Below are positions 26,826 through 40,010 of a stretch of 64,000 nt of DNA, in pieces. The notes beneath the pieces are model-generated. The model was not told where the DNA came from and made no database searches. It was given only the letters and a program-made list of their open reading frames with translations. Every line of letters starts with the position of its first letter. Positions within the stretch are counted from its first letter, which is position 1. Both the position numbers and the translations under genes were made by a program. This DNA comes from Antedon mediterranea (lineage: Eukaryota > Animalia > Echinodermata). The stretch covers positions 1,550,001-1,614,000 of the forward strand of contig NC_092671.1 of NCBI RefSeq assembly GCF_964355755.1, in the 5' to 3' direction.

Positions 26826-27902
26826 GGCCCTGTTCAGACCCATGGCGTTAGACCGTTTTAGCGTACGACGCTAAAAGAATGTGTGTCTGAACAGTTGGGG
26901 ATTAGCGTACAACGCGTCGTACAACGGTTGTAGCGTTGTAGTGGAAAACGGTTGATAGTACCGTTTTAGCGTACGACGCTACTGTAAGTCAACGTTGTAT
27001 CCAATCAGAACGTTTCCTGTTATGACGCGATACAAGGTTTGACCTAGGCTGACATCTTGTATCGTCAATGTGTGAGATGGATTTCAATAACAAAAAGGCC
27101 AGAATAAATAAGGCCTAACTACACTACAAATACAACTGTTACAAAGGCTAAACTATTATCAACTGATTACTATTATATTTTCTAACAAATAACATAAATA
27201 CATGCACCTTGTATTTAAACATAGGGACTACGATCCCATACGCTTTTAGGCCTAGCTAGGCCTAGAGTCGTTCACGCATTTCATTCAAGCTAAAAACTAG
27301 CGTGGGACATCAAGTCACTCATTCATACAAGGCAGACTAGACTGGACAAGTTTAATGCTGAAAACCCCCTAACTCCTAAAAAATTCAGTAAACAAACAAG
27401 GGGAGCTGTGTCCCTTTAATTAGCAAGTTAAGGGTTATTTTCAACCGACTGGAACAAAGAATATATATCTTTGACTGGACTGGACAGACTAATCACAATC
27501 AATTTTTTCTTCATCATTCGAAGGCCTGCTTTATTTTCGTAACTCAAGAACCTGGGGAAAATGTTTTTTAATACAAAATAAAAACAATAGAAACAGAAAT
27601 TTGGCTTTACTATATTTTTCTTAAATAAATGCTGAGGTATGTTTTATTTACGGCAAATTTTGTCATAATTGTAGGGCTGAGATCTAGGCCTATATACAGT
27701 GGAAATAATGATGAAAACACGTGGGTAAGAAAGAGCACATGAATATGCAACTAGAAACAACCTGAATGACGTACTTCCGTTGTAACGATAATCGTACGCT
27801 ATGGGTCTGAACACCTCGTTTTTTTCTCTGCGGTTTGTAACGTGACCTTGCTAGTAACGTTGTACGCTAAAACGGTCTAACGCCATGGGTCTGAACAGGG
27901 CC
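26826..27902. mobile_element. 1077-bp non-autonomous PIF/Harbinger-type element in Klf6/7 intron 1
   Basis: Perfect 41-bp TIR GGCCCTGTTCAGACCCATGGCGTTAGACCGTTTTAGCGTAC. TTA TSD at 26823-26825 and 27903-27905. Subterminal repeats of TIR pieces; no transposase ORF. Confidence 0.92.
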
Positions 27903-29430
27903 TTAAAAGGGTAACCTTGTACACCCTACATGACATTGGCAAATGTGAATTGCATCAACTTTACTATAGCAAAATGATATGACTCCTTATGAGGATCATC
28001 TTTGATCACAATTATACCATTCCATATGACAGCCTAACCCAAACATTGCCTCTTAGATACCAAAATTTACTTCCTTCAAAGAGGAATAATATCAATATAT
28101 TACCAGTCAAAATTTAGAAAGTGTTAACTGTCATTCCTGTTTATCAATGCTGGTAGAAATGTACATTATGAAAACAGGTTTATTTTAACCATAAATAGTT
28201 AGTAGACAGTCTTTGACAGCTGTGCATTTTATATTATACATTTATTCTCCTTGGACATCTCAAATTTATCTATAAAAATGTGTTTGAAATGAACCTTAGA
28301 ATGGGGTTTTTCGCAAAATTGATTTTATATAGAGATGAGTGCAAAAGTTATCAAATTGAACCAGAATATGGACGAAATATCAATACACAGTACAGTACTG
28401 TAATACAGTAAATTAATCTGCTTTTCTCATCTTTACTATTTCATGAACAAGACAATATTACAATTCTACTTTACTGTATATCAATGGATCTCACTATCAG
28501 TAATTGTAGTATTCATACGCAAGATGTCCGATATTCCTAAAATGGTCTTGGTAAGTAGGTAAACACATTTGGCATACATCACTAAGAATTGTCCGAGAAT
28601 AATGGACACTAATTGCCCCAATGAATGTAAGCAACACGCAAATGGAATTCTAGTCACCAGCCCGAGGTCTTCTTTCCGATCTCTGGCTTCTTAAAATAGG
28701 CTAATGATTCAAAAGTGAGGTATGCCATGTGATGTGCTTTCATTTGTTCCAATTGCAGAGCTAACTGGAGTCAAATGGTAAATGTATAGATTAAAGGATA
28801 TGATCAAATGATAATATACAGAGGCAAACGAATGTGTTTGAGATTTTATTATTCTTTCTTTTGACTGGATTGCATTTTCAGTAACGTAGTTTTATTGCTT
28901 TTCAAAATGGTCGAGTTAGAAGGTTTAAAAGTAAAGAAAAGTTATAACGTATTTAAAGAAAAATAAAAGCATACATATAATAATTTGAAAGATATATACG
29001 AACAGTTGCTCTGTATTTAAAAGTTCTTACTTTGAGCATTTTTCCAATTTGGTGTTTATTAATGTTTTATAACTTTGGCTATGGGTGCATTTGAGGTGAA
29101 GATGTTTACTTTTATTTTTATCGCTTTGTATATCCAAATCAATTGTCTTAAAGACATTAAAAATGAAATCAGCCTGGTTTATTGAGAACTGTTTATTTAA
29201 AAGACTTTCATACACATTCTCTGAACCCAATTAAACTGAAAGAAAATATTTCCTTCCAAGTAATGGATTATAAAAAAAAACAATCGTAATTCAAGAGAGT
29301 GAAGAGTGAACTCAAAACCAGCAAGATTCAACATTTTGAAAGCTTTGGAATCTAAAGGGGAATATCTCTGAATTCATTGATTGTCATTGGCTGTTTTGCT
29401 AAACAAAATTCTTACAGAGCACTGAATTCA

Positions 29431-29570
29431 ATTGCATAAGAATGACCCCCTACTTACTGTATAACATAATCCCTTGATATAAACCCCTGCAGGGCCTAGC
29501 ATTGATTGCATAAGAATGGCCCCCTGTTTTTAACAAAATCCCTCGCTATTAACCCCCGCAGGGCCTGGTA
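29431..29570. repeat. Diverged tandem duplication of about 75 bp
   Basis: attgcataagaatg(a/g)cccc...aacccc(t/c)gcagggcct occurs twice in succession. Confidence 0.75.
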
Positions 29571-31806
29571 TTCGATAGCGTCAAAATAACACAAACAAAT
29601 TCACTTATTCTTCACGATTGAATCTCTAAATCAGGAATTTTTCATGAAAACAAAAATGTATACTATTGAGTATAAACAGATAAAAGATATAATACGGTTA
29701 TTGTTTGCGTTCACAAGAGCGCAGGAACGCATGAATGGGACCAACAAATCCTTTCAAACCGTTCTAATACTGGTATGTCTGTTAATTCACACAGCTCCAA
29801 TAACTACAATATCCAGGTGCCTAAAATGCTTAAAATAGTGCTTTTCAATAGTAGTGTATAACTGTAGTATTTACAGTACTAAAAAAGTATGTTAAAGTAA
29901 TATGGATTTACTTGTTAAATATATATAGTAGAACTGTAGAACTGCTATAAAGAGAACAACTTGGGGGCCCCAACAAAATTTCTTCTGAATAAGAGTTTGT
30001 CATGTAGTGTTACTTAAACATTATTACCATAAAACAACCAAATTTATTTCATAGGAAAGTATCCCCTTAATAGTGGTATATTTATTCAGTAAAGGAAATT
30101 ATCCTGTTAATAGAGGTGTATTTCTCTTTCTTGATTTCACAGGAAAGTGTTCCCTTATTAGGAATAAGGAATACCTTATTAGGGGTTTACCCGGAATAGA
30201 GATGTCCCTAATATTTAATATCAAGGGCCTTTGATAAGCACAGTATCTGAAACATTTGAATGAGCATAAAAAATATAAATATTTTGTATCTAAAATAAAA
30301 TATTGGCTTCAAAAATTTAATACATGGACAGGATTATATTTTACTATAAATATCCTTTTTAATAATTAATTAAAATCAGAAATGTTTAAGTCATTAATGT
30401 GTACAGTACTAGGAAAAGAAAGTTAAGTGACATTCCAATCATGTGACAAAAGTAATGACTGATGTGACACATGTAATAAATATTTATACAGTATTACTTA
30501 ATAACCTTTGGAAATAAACTATCATACAATTCTGAATTCTTGAAATAATATAAAGTTCTCATTTATTTATAAAAACTCTAAATAAAAAAAATAAAATATG
30601 AAAAGAAAAAAACATTCCAGGAGATAAAAAAAATTGGGACAAGACGGTTGAGAGTTAAAAACCTGTTTGGCAAAAAAACATAAATCCCCTAGACTCAGCG
30701 ATAGAACCGTTCCGTGTCCATGCCTATAGAAATCAAACCAAACCGATTATTGGCAGTTGTTTGGAGGTCAAATATTTGCTAATTTATTCGCTTTCCATAT
30801 AAGGGCATCAGACTGCATATTAGGATATTATGAACGAGCTAAGTTCTGGCAACCAGCCAAGTTTGATTCATAGCGAATAATTGGAGCTGAAATAGACCGG
30901 ATTGGCAGCCATAATGAAATCAGGCATACTGTACTGGTGTAAAATCAAAAATGATTTATGAATAAATTAAAAATATTAATTTACTATAATATTTGATATT
31001 AATTTAAAATAATGTAATGAAAATTTTTCAATAAAATCCGTAAATCTTTTTTTTTTTGCATACTACTACTAGGCTTCATTTTTTAGATAATTATAATTAA
31101 TTCAACACATTAATTATTATTCATGTAGTCATTAATGTTAATTTATGCATATAACTACGTACTATTAGTATTACAGCATAAAGCATGTATTCATGACATT
31201 GGCAAAGATGCATAGACATTCGGAAGGGAAAGTTTCCAGGGTTCTAAAATTACTGAAGCGTAATAAAGTTGGTATCACGCTGTTACAAGACCAAGGGTTG
31301 GTGTCACTGCAGTACCAATCACATTTATTATGTTATAAATATATACTGTATATACAAAATACAGATGTTTTCTCATAGGGAACTAAAATAGTTATTATAA
31401 GCTTTGACAAGTAGATTTATACAATAGGTCAAAATTATTGTTACTTCCTAGTTTGGTGTTCAAAGTCAACACTTCCTACTGTAGGCCTAAAATAGTAATA
31501 CTAAAAAATGCAATAAAATTACGTATAATATCATTAAATTCATTTGTATTTACTATTAATACCAATGAACCCGGCATAGTTTCAACACGACAGCTTGAGC
31601 CAAGATTTTTTTTCTTCGTACTGTACCATTTCTTGTTTATTACAGATTAAACATAGGCCTATATTTTTTTTTATAGATCAACATGATTTTTTAATCCAGG
31701 TTTGAAATAGAATACAGTACATACACATACAGTAGGCCTATGTATTCTAATAATTTGGTGTCGGTTTGTACTAATAACACTACTATGAAAAACTACCTGG
31801 TAGGCA

Positions 31807-31845
31807 CTTAAATCATGGAGGTATAAAATACCTCCATGCTTAAAT
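31807..31845. mobile_element. 25-bp hairpin with 7-bp TSD CTTAAAT
   Basis: cttaaat CATGGAGGTAT AAA ATACCTCCATG cttaaat. Confidence 0.8.
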
Positions 31846-32156
31846 ATTGCATTGATTTTGCCTCATTTGCAGCATCTAAATGTATGACCGACTATTTTGA
31901 GACTGAGTGGCATAAACATAAGTTTTATAACCCAAAAATGGTAAACATTAAAACCATCTATGATTTTGCATTGAACCGGTTAAGTCTAGTCACTTAACTC
32001 ATTTTTATGATGGTGGTGGTGATGACGTTCTATGATGTACCGGTTTTATTCCACGTACTGCAAATTTCTAATTTACAAAGTCTGTATTATACTCCAATAT
32101 TTGTTTATTTTTAATGATCATATTAGTTGCCAAGTGGCAAAAAAAAAGTAGCTTAC

Positions 32157-32258
32157 GATATGCCAGTCCTCTTCCAGTGAGCTTGAAGCCGAAAAGTAAC
32201 CAGTATCGTGGACCAACTGCAACTCTTTGAATATCCCACCACTCGGCAAAACATCCAT
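32157..32258 (-). CDS. Klf6/7: Klf6/7 coding exon 1 ([34 protein letters not shown])
   Basis: Hand translation of the minus strand gives the conserved KLF6/KLF7 N-terminus (MDVL..IF.ELQ.VH.TGYFSA..SLEE.W). The exon is 102 nt, phase 0, and is followed by a GTAAGC donor. This frame is not in the ORF track. Confidence 0.95.
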
Positions 32259-32479
32259 CTTTGCAGGCAAACTTAGGTGCAAAGCACACTAAAGTCAATA
32301 AGCCAACAAACAAGGCGAAAATAGTAAGAGCTATAAAGGCTATAAACCGTCCAAGGGTTGCGAAAATCCTAGAATGCCTACAAAACTACTAACGCTGTCC
32401 TAGCTAGCCTGGCTTCGATGACTAACATAGAAATGCATAGTGAATCGAAAGAATCCATAATCAACCGGCTACTTAGCAT

Positions 32480-32580
32480 AACAACCAATCAAAATGCGTT
32501 TTGCCATCTAAGTAACTCAGGTCACAATTGACCAATCAGCGCACTGGTAGTGTAATCTACAGCGGCGGTGACGTGCGGAG
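32480..32580 (-). promoter_or_regulatory. Probable Klf6/7 proximal promoter
   Basis: Two CCAAT boxes (32485, 32532) and a CRE-like TGACGT (32569) in a GC-richer patch 230-320 bp upstream of the ATG. The transcription start is not determined. Confidence 0.6.
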
Positions 32581-32933
32581 TTAAATCAACTTTTTTTTTA
32601 CGATATTAAAATATAAATTTATTATTTTCGATATCTAAGTCAAATGATAACCTATTAATAATTTCTCGATTTTAATTTCTGAAAATCATCATTATTAGTA
32701 ATACAGATATGACATATTCAATCGTAAAGTAACTGAAACAAGTGAATGTATCTATATGACTCAATCTAGCTTCTAACGATTCAACCAATCTTTGATATTC
32801 CCTGTACTTTATATATTAATTATTTGGGCCAAGTAATTTAACTATTTAGATGTTTATGCTATGTTTTTCGACCGAGTTATTATTAAATATAGACATACAG
32901 TACTACAGTAATACAAAATATTGTAAAGGAATT

Positions 32934-32936
<3 letters not shown>

Positions 32937-32977
<41 letters not shown>
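32937..32977. repeat. (AT)n microsatellite upstream of Klf6/7
   Basis: About 20 uninterrupted AT units. Confidence 0.95.
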
Positions 32978-32980
<3 letters not shown>

Positions 32981-33713
32981 CCAAAGGCAAATTACTGAAA
33001 AAATGACAATGCTGTGGGTATCAGTGGCTGGATCTCAATGGAGATACAAAATAAAAGCGAAAAGCTAAATCAAAACGAGAAGTAAAACAGCCAGAAAAGT
33101 TAGCAGAGCTTTCGGGCAACACTAGCCCTTCATCCCTTCATATATATATATTTCGTGTACCCCATTTATATTGCTTAAAAAAACTCCGTCATAAGTGTAA
33201 AATGTGTACTGTATTCCAAGCATACTGATATGAGGGTCCCTAGATCGTGAGAGTCCCTATGATCAGTTTCGGTTGGACGGACCACCCTCGTAATATAAAA
33301 TAAAGTCACACGCGTATTACTATATTTTTGCAACCTCATATTATCTTTCTTAAACTGACAGAACGTATTTCAGTAGGACATTGGCTGTGCAACGATTGTT
33401 TATACGATTGCTAAATAATATTACAACGATGAGCATCAACTTGAAAATAACGGAAAACAATTCAGGATCTACATCCTCTCAAAACAATAACCTTTTTGAC
33501 CCAAACAGGCATCGCCCATTTCCGGATAGCCAATCGGTAAGACACTCCGGAACCATTACTCGACTGCGTCCTTATTAGACATCCAGGCCCACATTATCAA
33601 GTCCATTGTTTTTTGTTTTTTTTTTTTTCATTCAGTTATGTCATGGAGAATTCGCCATTATTTTATAATCTCAGCTAGCTCTACAGGCCCGTTTACACAC
33701 AGGTGAGCGGTAA

Positions 33714-33869
33714 AGCTTGTTTCCCATTAGCGACGCAACGCAAAGACGTAACGCAACGTTAGTTATTTGACCACCAATCACAAACGTATTCTACCACTGG
33801 CTTGTGATTGGTCAACACGCTTGCGTTGCGCGCACGTCCTTGCGTTGCGTCTCTAGTGGGAACCACGCT
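33714..33869. mobile_element. Palindromic MITE family A, apparently nested in an older MITE (about 33685-34003)
   Basis: AGCTTGTTTCCCATTAG..GACGCAACGCAA pairs with TTGCGTTGCGTC..CTAGTGGGAACCACGCT. Internal ccaatcacaa/ttgtgattgg inverted pair; flanks TAA/TAG. Confidence 0.85.
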
Positions 33870-36800
33870 TAGCAAGCATTAGCTTGTCCCGTGTACAGTA
33901 AAATCTGTACTATCCTTCACGTTGTGTGTAAATGGTCATAATAAGGAATAACATAGATTCTATATTTTTATTATCGTTACCGCTCGTCGGTGTAAATTTA
34001 CCTTTAATCATGCAGTACTTAAAAACCCCAAAGCACGGAGTTTAGGGGTTTCCTTTATAAATCGTGAAGGTCACTTTACGTAGGTTGGTGTATGTATGTT
34101 TATTGACGTATTCTTGTGTGTAGGCCTAAATATTGTATAGATTTTTGTAAAATAATAAAACCACAAATATGTTTGTGGGCGGAAGTATAATGGCCGCTTA
34201 ACAGAAAAAAGTTGATCAAACCCGGAAGCTTTATAGTACAAAAAGGATTTGTATTTGAATGCATTTAAAGTCAAGGTTTGAAAGATTAAGAAAATAATTG
34301 TAAAAAAAAACACGTATTTGTGCATAATAGCCTATGCGAGTAATGAATGCCGTAATAAAGTTGTTTAATTGTTGAGGGCGCTAATTATATACATGTTTAA
34401 TGTCGTAAACTCATTAAATTGAATACACAATCTTCTACGATGAATATTTGATACTAAATCGGATCCATTAGAATGATATTTTGATTAAAATCATTGTACT
34501 TTCTTTCCATACAAAAATCGAAACGCCGAATGGTGGAACTAACATAAAAAATACATCAGTACAAACTTGTATATTCCTGCTCACCAAACTATTCAATTGT
34601 TCACAATTTCGGAGGTAAATGTAGAGTTAAAATGTAAAATCTAAATGATATTTGAAAAGTACTTAAAAGATAATGAAAACAGGTAATTACTAATATCCTG
34701 AAAGAACTTTGTTTTAAATTTAAAAATAGACGTTTTTGTGTGTGAGTATAGCGGCTACTGTATCTACACGGAACTTAGTGGCGTTTAAAACAATTATTAC
34801 CATCGTTTATTTTTGTCAGAAAACATAATTTACTTAATGCTAATGCTAGTGACGTCATACTGAAAAACCTATAACTAATGAAAAGATGATCAAATTCAAC
34901 TGTTTAATTCATGCAAGCAGGGAAGAATAACATTCAAGTACCGTATTTTACCTACTGTAGAGCCTCAACTATAGAAGGCGCTATATCAATTTTGACTCTT
35001 GTCATATCATCATCGTTTGAAGTGCCTCGTGTATGTATACAGTATCTGTATATTTATTTTATTTTCACAATAACAAACAGCGATATAAAAACAAATTAAA
35101 TATTATTTTCCGATGCTATTTTTCTTGATTATACTACAAAAATATTATATTAAATATTATACAAATTTTTAAAACAAAATATAATATACTGAAATGTGAA
35201 CGGCAAAAATGAAAGATAAATAAATAGATAAAAATAAAAAAGTTGTTATTTTTGTTGGTAAATTTACATAAACCGACAACAAGCCTGCATTCTCAACATA
35301 CCATCCACGTTTAAGTATGTGCTCACTAACAGAGGTAAGAACACAATTACAAAATAAATTGTAATAGTTTACCGTTTTGTGTTTGAGACGTTAAGGATGC
35401 TAAGAAATGTATTTTTGTTTGTAGGCCTGTTAACGACGACGCACGTTGAATCATAATTTCTGACAAGGACAGGCTTTTAAAATGTATATTTCAATAAAAT
35501 GTAATGGAAATATGTAACATTTGGACTAATTAGCAAACAGAATATTTGTCAAAATGTCAATACACGTAAAAACGATGTAATATGATGGGCCTACTTAACG
35601 CGGATCACATGTTTTCCTTTAACATGTTAAGTAGGCCTACTGTTTTTATTTTGCATGAATAAGTGAATTTTTAAAGTAAATAAGTGTAAACATATATCAA
35701 TTTATATTATAAACATCATGGGAAAAACAATCTATGATTTAATGGCCTATTTATTATTTAAGACACTTGCTATTAAAAGCATTATTGTTTATCATGAACT
35801 TGTGCAATATATGCATATGTACATGATTCGCAATTATTAGAAAAACATGACATGAATTCCTAAGACCCAGCATCAACGCAGGAATGATTATTATTATTGA
35901 CATTCATTAAATGGTGTAGCAAAAATGTCACCAAACTTTGTCACTTTTCTCAGACTTCCGATCCATTATCAGCTACATAATTTTTACATTTTTTTTTGCA
36001 TATAAAAATTTTTCCTGTGTTTTTTCATTATACTGTTAAAACCTTAAAGGTATCCCATAGCAACGACCAGGCCGAATAAGAAAAATAGGCCTACCATTAC
36101 TGGGGTATTTCCCAAAATCTTCCACGATGCATTGAACCACATAATATTCATCTATTGTAAATTTCCATATGACCAGACATATAAAAGCACACGCCTAGCA
36201 TTCAATGGGTCGTAGTTTATGGTTGTAGTAAATATTGGCACCTTTTTGTTGGTAGAGGTACAGTAGGTTTATAGTAATAATTTTATTTAATAAGCGCTTT
36301 TCTAACAAAATCAACGCGCACACAATAAACAAATTCTACGTATAGAATTACACACAAAATAAATATACTGTAACATGAGTGTATCTTGTACGAGATCTTG
36401 TAGGCCTACCTCCCTGATTTAACGTATATGTATGTAATGATTCTCTCTGTAAGCACGAAATATATTGTAATTAATACATTTTTCAAGAGAATACATCCCG
36501 TAGTGATTTCCAGCCAATTTTCTTACCAATATGGCATGTATAATACGGTTTTTTTTTATCAGACGGAATGTTAATAAAAACCTAATCTATGATGTACGCG
36601 TATTAGGCCTAAACCATAATTTCTCTTCCCCAGACCATCATATCTTTCAATACTTTAGCATGCATTACTTAAGCTTAATCAATTCCTTAATAATGTCAAT
36701 AATAAGAAAACAAAGAACATGTTGTATGCTATTATACATAGTATAGTAGGCCTACAATCATAAAGTTAGATTGTATAGCTCAATGATTAGATATTAGTAT

Positions 36801-37959
36801 ATGTCATGAATCGTCTTGGACTTCCTCCAGGCGAACAATCTCAAACTAAATATTCGTTGTTATAATTCCTGTTTTATAGTTCTGTATTAAACCTCAACCA
36901 ACATAATTTTACACAAAAACACCAGTTCTATTATTAATAAATTATTTTTACGAGTTAAGAATTTAAATCAGTAAAGAATAAACTAGAAATTCAGAATGTT
37001 ATGTGATGAATTTTATAATCGCGCAATTTCCAACAACCACACCCGATATGCAACGTATCTTGGTGGCGCTAGGCCTATGGTACGATGGCCTCATCAGAGG
37101 CATAGAGAACTGGATTTAATTCATAGCCTAGATAATATATAAACTCTTTTCCTTTGCGTTCTCTTATTCTATTAAACAATCAGATACTTATACACATATT
37201 ATATAGGATATCATTACCAATAACGATGCTTTAGTATTGTTCTGTGGAAAAAATCTGTCGTGTCGTAATAGGGCGTTGGTAGAGGGAAACTTACAAAATC
37301 GCTTTGTTTACAAGCGAGTTACGAAGGAACACAGTGCAGTTAGCGAACGTCACATTCAATAAAAACAATTTAAAAACATACCTGCGTTTTCCGACCACTG
37401 AATATCCCTTAAAATGTGTAGTTTTATACATTTCCACTGTTATAAAGTAGAATATCATTGTAAAAATCAACAAAAATGCTCGAAATTAATATAAGCTCAC
37501 AGCGTACTTGGTACTAACTAGAATTTCAATAGTCGATCAGCGACCGATCAGTTCATTCGCTGACTGAGTCTACACCCATCATGAATATTCATGAGCGCGC
37601 GAGAAACGTTTTGAACTTGAAGGTAAAAGTTCATTAGAGAGCGACGGAACAATGCTAATTTTTATGCAATTGCTTTTTTTTAAATAAGATTCCTTCTCCA
37701 GGTACCGTCAAATATTTCTCCAGCATTAGTCATTTTATCCTGTCGTTTACTCATTTTCTTTCTGCTGGTTTGCCCCAGAAATTGAGGTTAAAATTCTGTA
37801 GACGTTAGAAGAAGAACTAGAATATACTACTTGATTTTATGTATGTATATTTTGATTATTTCAGAGTCTGGTCTAATAAATGTTTATTGTTGTCATTACT
37901 ATTATTGTTTTGTTAAATAGATACACGTAGTATTACTGTATTAGGACTATTAATAAAAG

Positions 37960-38362
37960 GCCTTCATCATCCTATTATCATTATTTCACCATCTTAATTA
38001 TAAACTTTTATCATTATTATTATTGTTGTTATTATTATTATTATTATTATCATCTTCATCATCAACATCATAATCATCAACATCATCATTAACATCAATA
38101 TCATCCATCATTCCTATCTTCTTTATCATTACCATGGTCCGATGATCATCATCTTTATATATATTATCATTTACTTATTTATCATGATCGAAACATTTTT
38201 ATTCATTATTTTATTCATCATCATCATCCTTATCAGTAATTAACAACACCAATAACATCTTCATCACCATTACCATCATTATCACCATCATCTTCATCAT
38301 CACCATCATCTTCATCATCATCACCTTCATCATCATCATCTTCATTATCATCATCATCACCG

Positions 38363-38394
<32 letters not shown>

Positions 38395-40010
38395 TTCATC
38401 ATCATCTTCATCACCATTACCATCACCACCATCATCTTCATTATCATCATCATCTTCATCGTCATCATCATCATCATCATCTTCATCATCTTCATCATCA
38501 GCGTCTTCATCATCTTCATCATCATCACCTTCATCATCATCATCTACATCATCATCATCATCTTCATCATCATCATCATCTTCATCATCATTTACATCAT
38601 CTGCCTAATCATCTACATCATCATCTACATCATCATCATCATCTTCTTCATCATCGCAATCATCATCTTCTTTATCATCAGCTTCATCATCACCATCATC
38701 ATCTACATCATCTGCCTAATCGATCATCTACATCATCATCTACATCATCATCATCTCCATCCTCTTCATCATCATCATCATCATCTTCTTCATCATCATC
38801 TACATCTTCATTATCTTCTTCATCATCTTCTTCATCATCTTCTTCATCATCAGCTTCATCATCACAATCATCATCTGCATCTTCATTATCATCATCACCA
38901 TCTTAATCATCATCATTATCATCTTCATCGTCATCATCATCATCATTATCACCATCATCATCTTCATGATCATCATCATTATCATCTTCATCATTATCAT
39001 CATTACTATCATCATCATCTTCATCATCATCATCATCATCATCATGATCAACTTCATCATCATCATCATCATCGTCATCATCATCATCATCATCATCATC
39101 GCTATCATCATCATCATCATCATCATCGCTATCATTATCATCATCAGCATCGTTGTAATCATCATCCATTAACGTCATCATCATCGTTGTCATCATCATC
39201 ATCATCATCATCATGGTAATCGTAATCATCATCATCTTCATCATCATCATCATCTTCATCATCATTTACATCATCTGCCTAATCATCTACAGCATCATCT
39301 ACATCATCATCTACAACATCATCATCATCTACAACATCATCATCATCTTCTTCATCATCACAATCATCATCTTCTTTATCATCAGCTTCATCATCACCAT
39401 CATCATCTACATCATCTGCCTAATCATCTACATCATCATCTACATCATCATCATCATCATCCTCTTCATCATCATCATCTTCTTCATCATCATCTACATC
39501 TTCATTATCTTCTTCATCATCTTCTTCATCATCAGCTTCATCATCACCATCATCATCTGCATCTTCATTATCATCATCACCATCTTAATCATCATCATTA
39601 TCATCTTCATCGTCATCATCATCATCATTATCACCATCATCATCTTCATCATCATCATCATTATCATCTTCATCATTATCATCATCACTATCATCATCAT
39701 CTTCATCATCATCACCACCATCATCATCATGATCAACTTCATCATCATCATCATCGTCATCATCATCATCATCATCATCATCATCGCTATCATCATCATC
39801 ATCATCATCGCTATCACCATCATCATCATCATCATCATCATCGTTGTAATCATCATCCTTTAACATCAACCTCAACACCATCATCATTATCACTCATCAT
39901 CATCATCGTCAAACATCATCATCATCGTTGTCATCATCATCATCATCATCATGGTAATCGTAATCATCATCATTATCATCAACATCGTCATTGTCGTTTT
40001 AATATAACTT
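37960..40010. repeat. About 2-kb compound (ATC)n microsatellite with an internal duplication of about 700 bp
   Basis: ATC triplets with TTC/ATT/ACC/GTC variants. Unique interruptions recur at offsets of 674-738 bp. Confidence 0.97.

Noticed and set aside
38211-39893. Poly-Met, poly-Ile and poly-Asp ORFs (possible acidic biomineralisation protein)
   Set aside because: These are frames of an (ATC)n microsatellite. The Asp frame is broken by stops (GAT TAG GCA), and there is no signal peptide or splice context.
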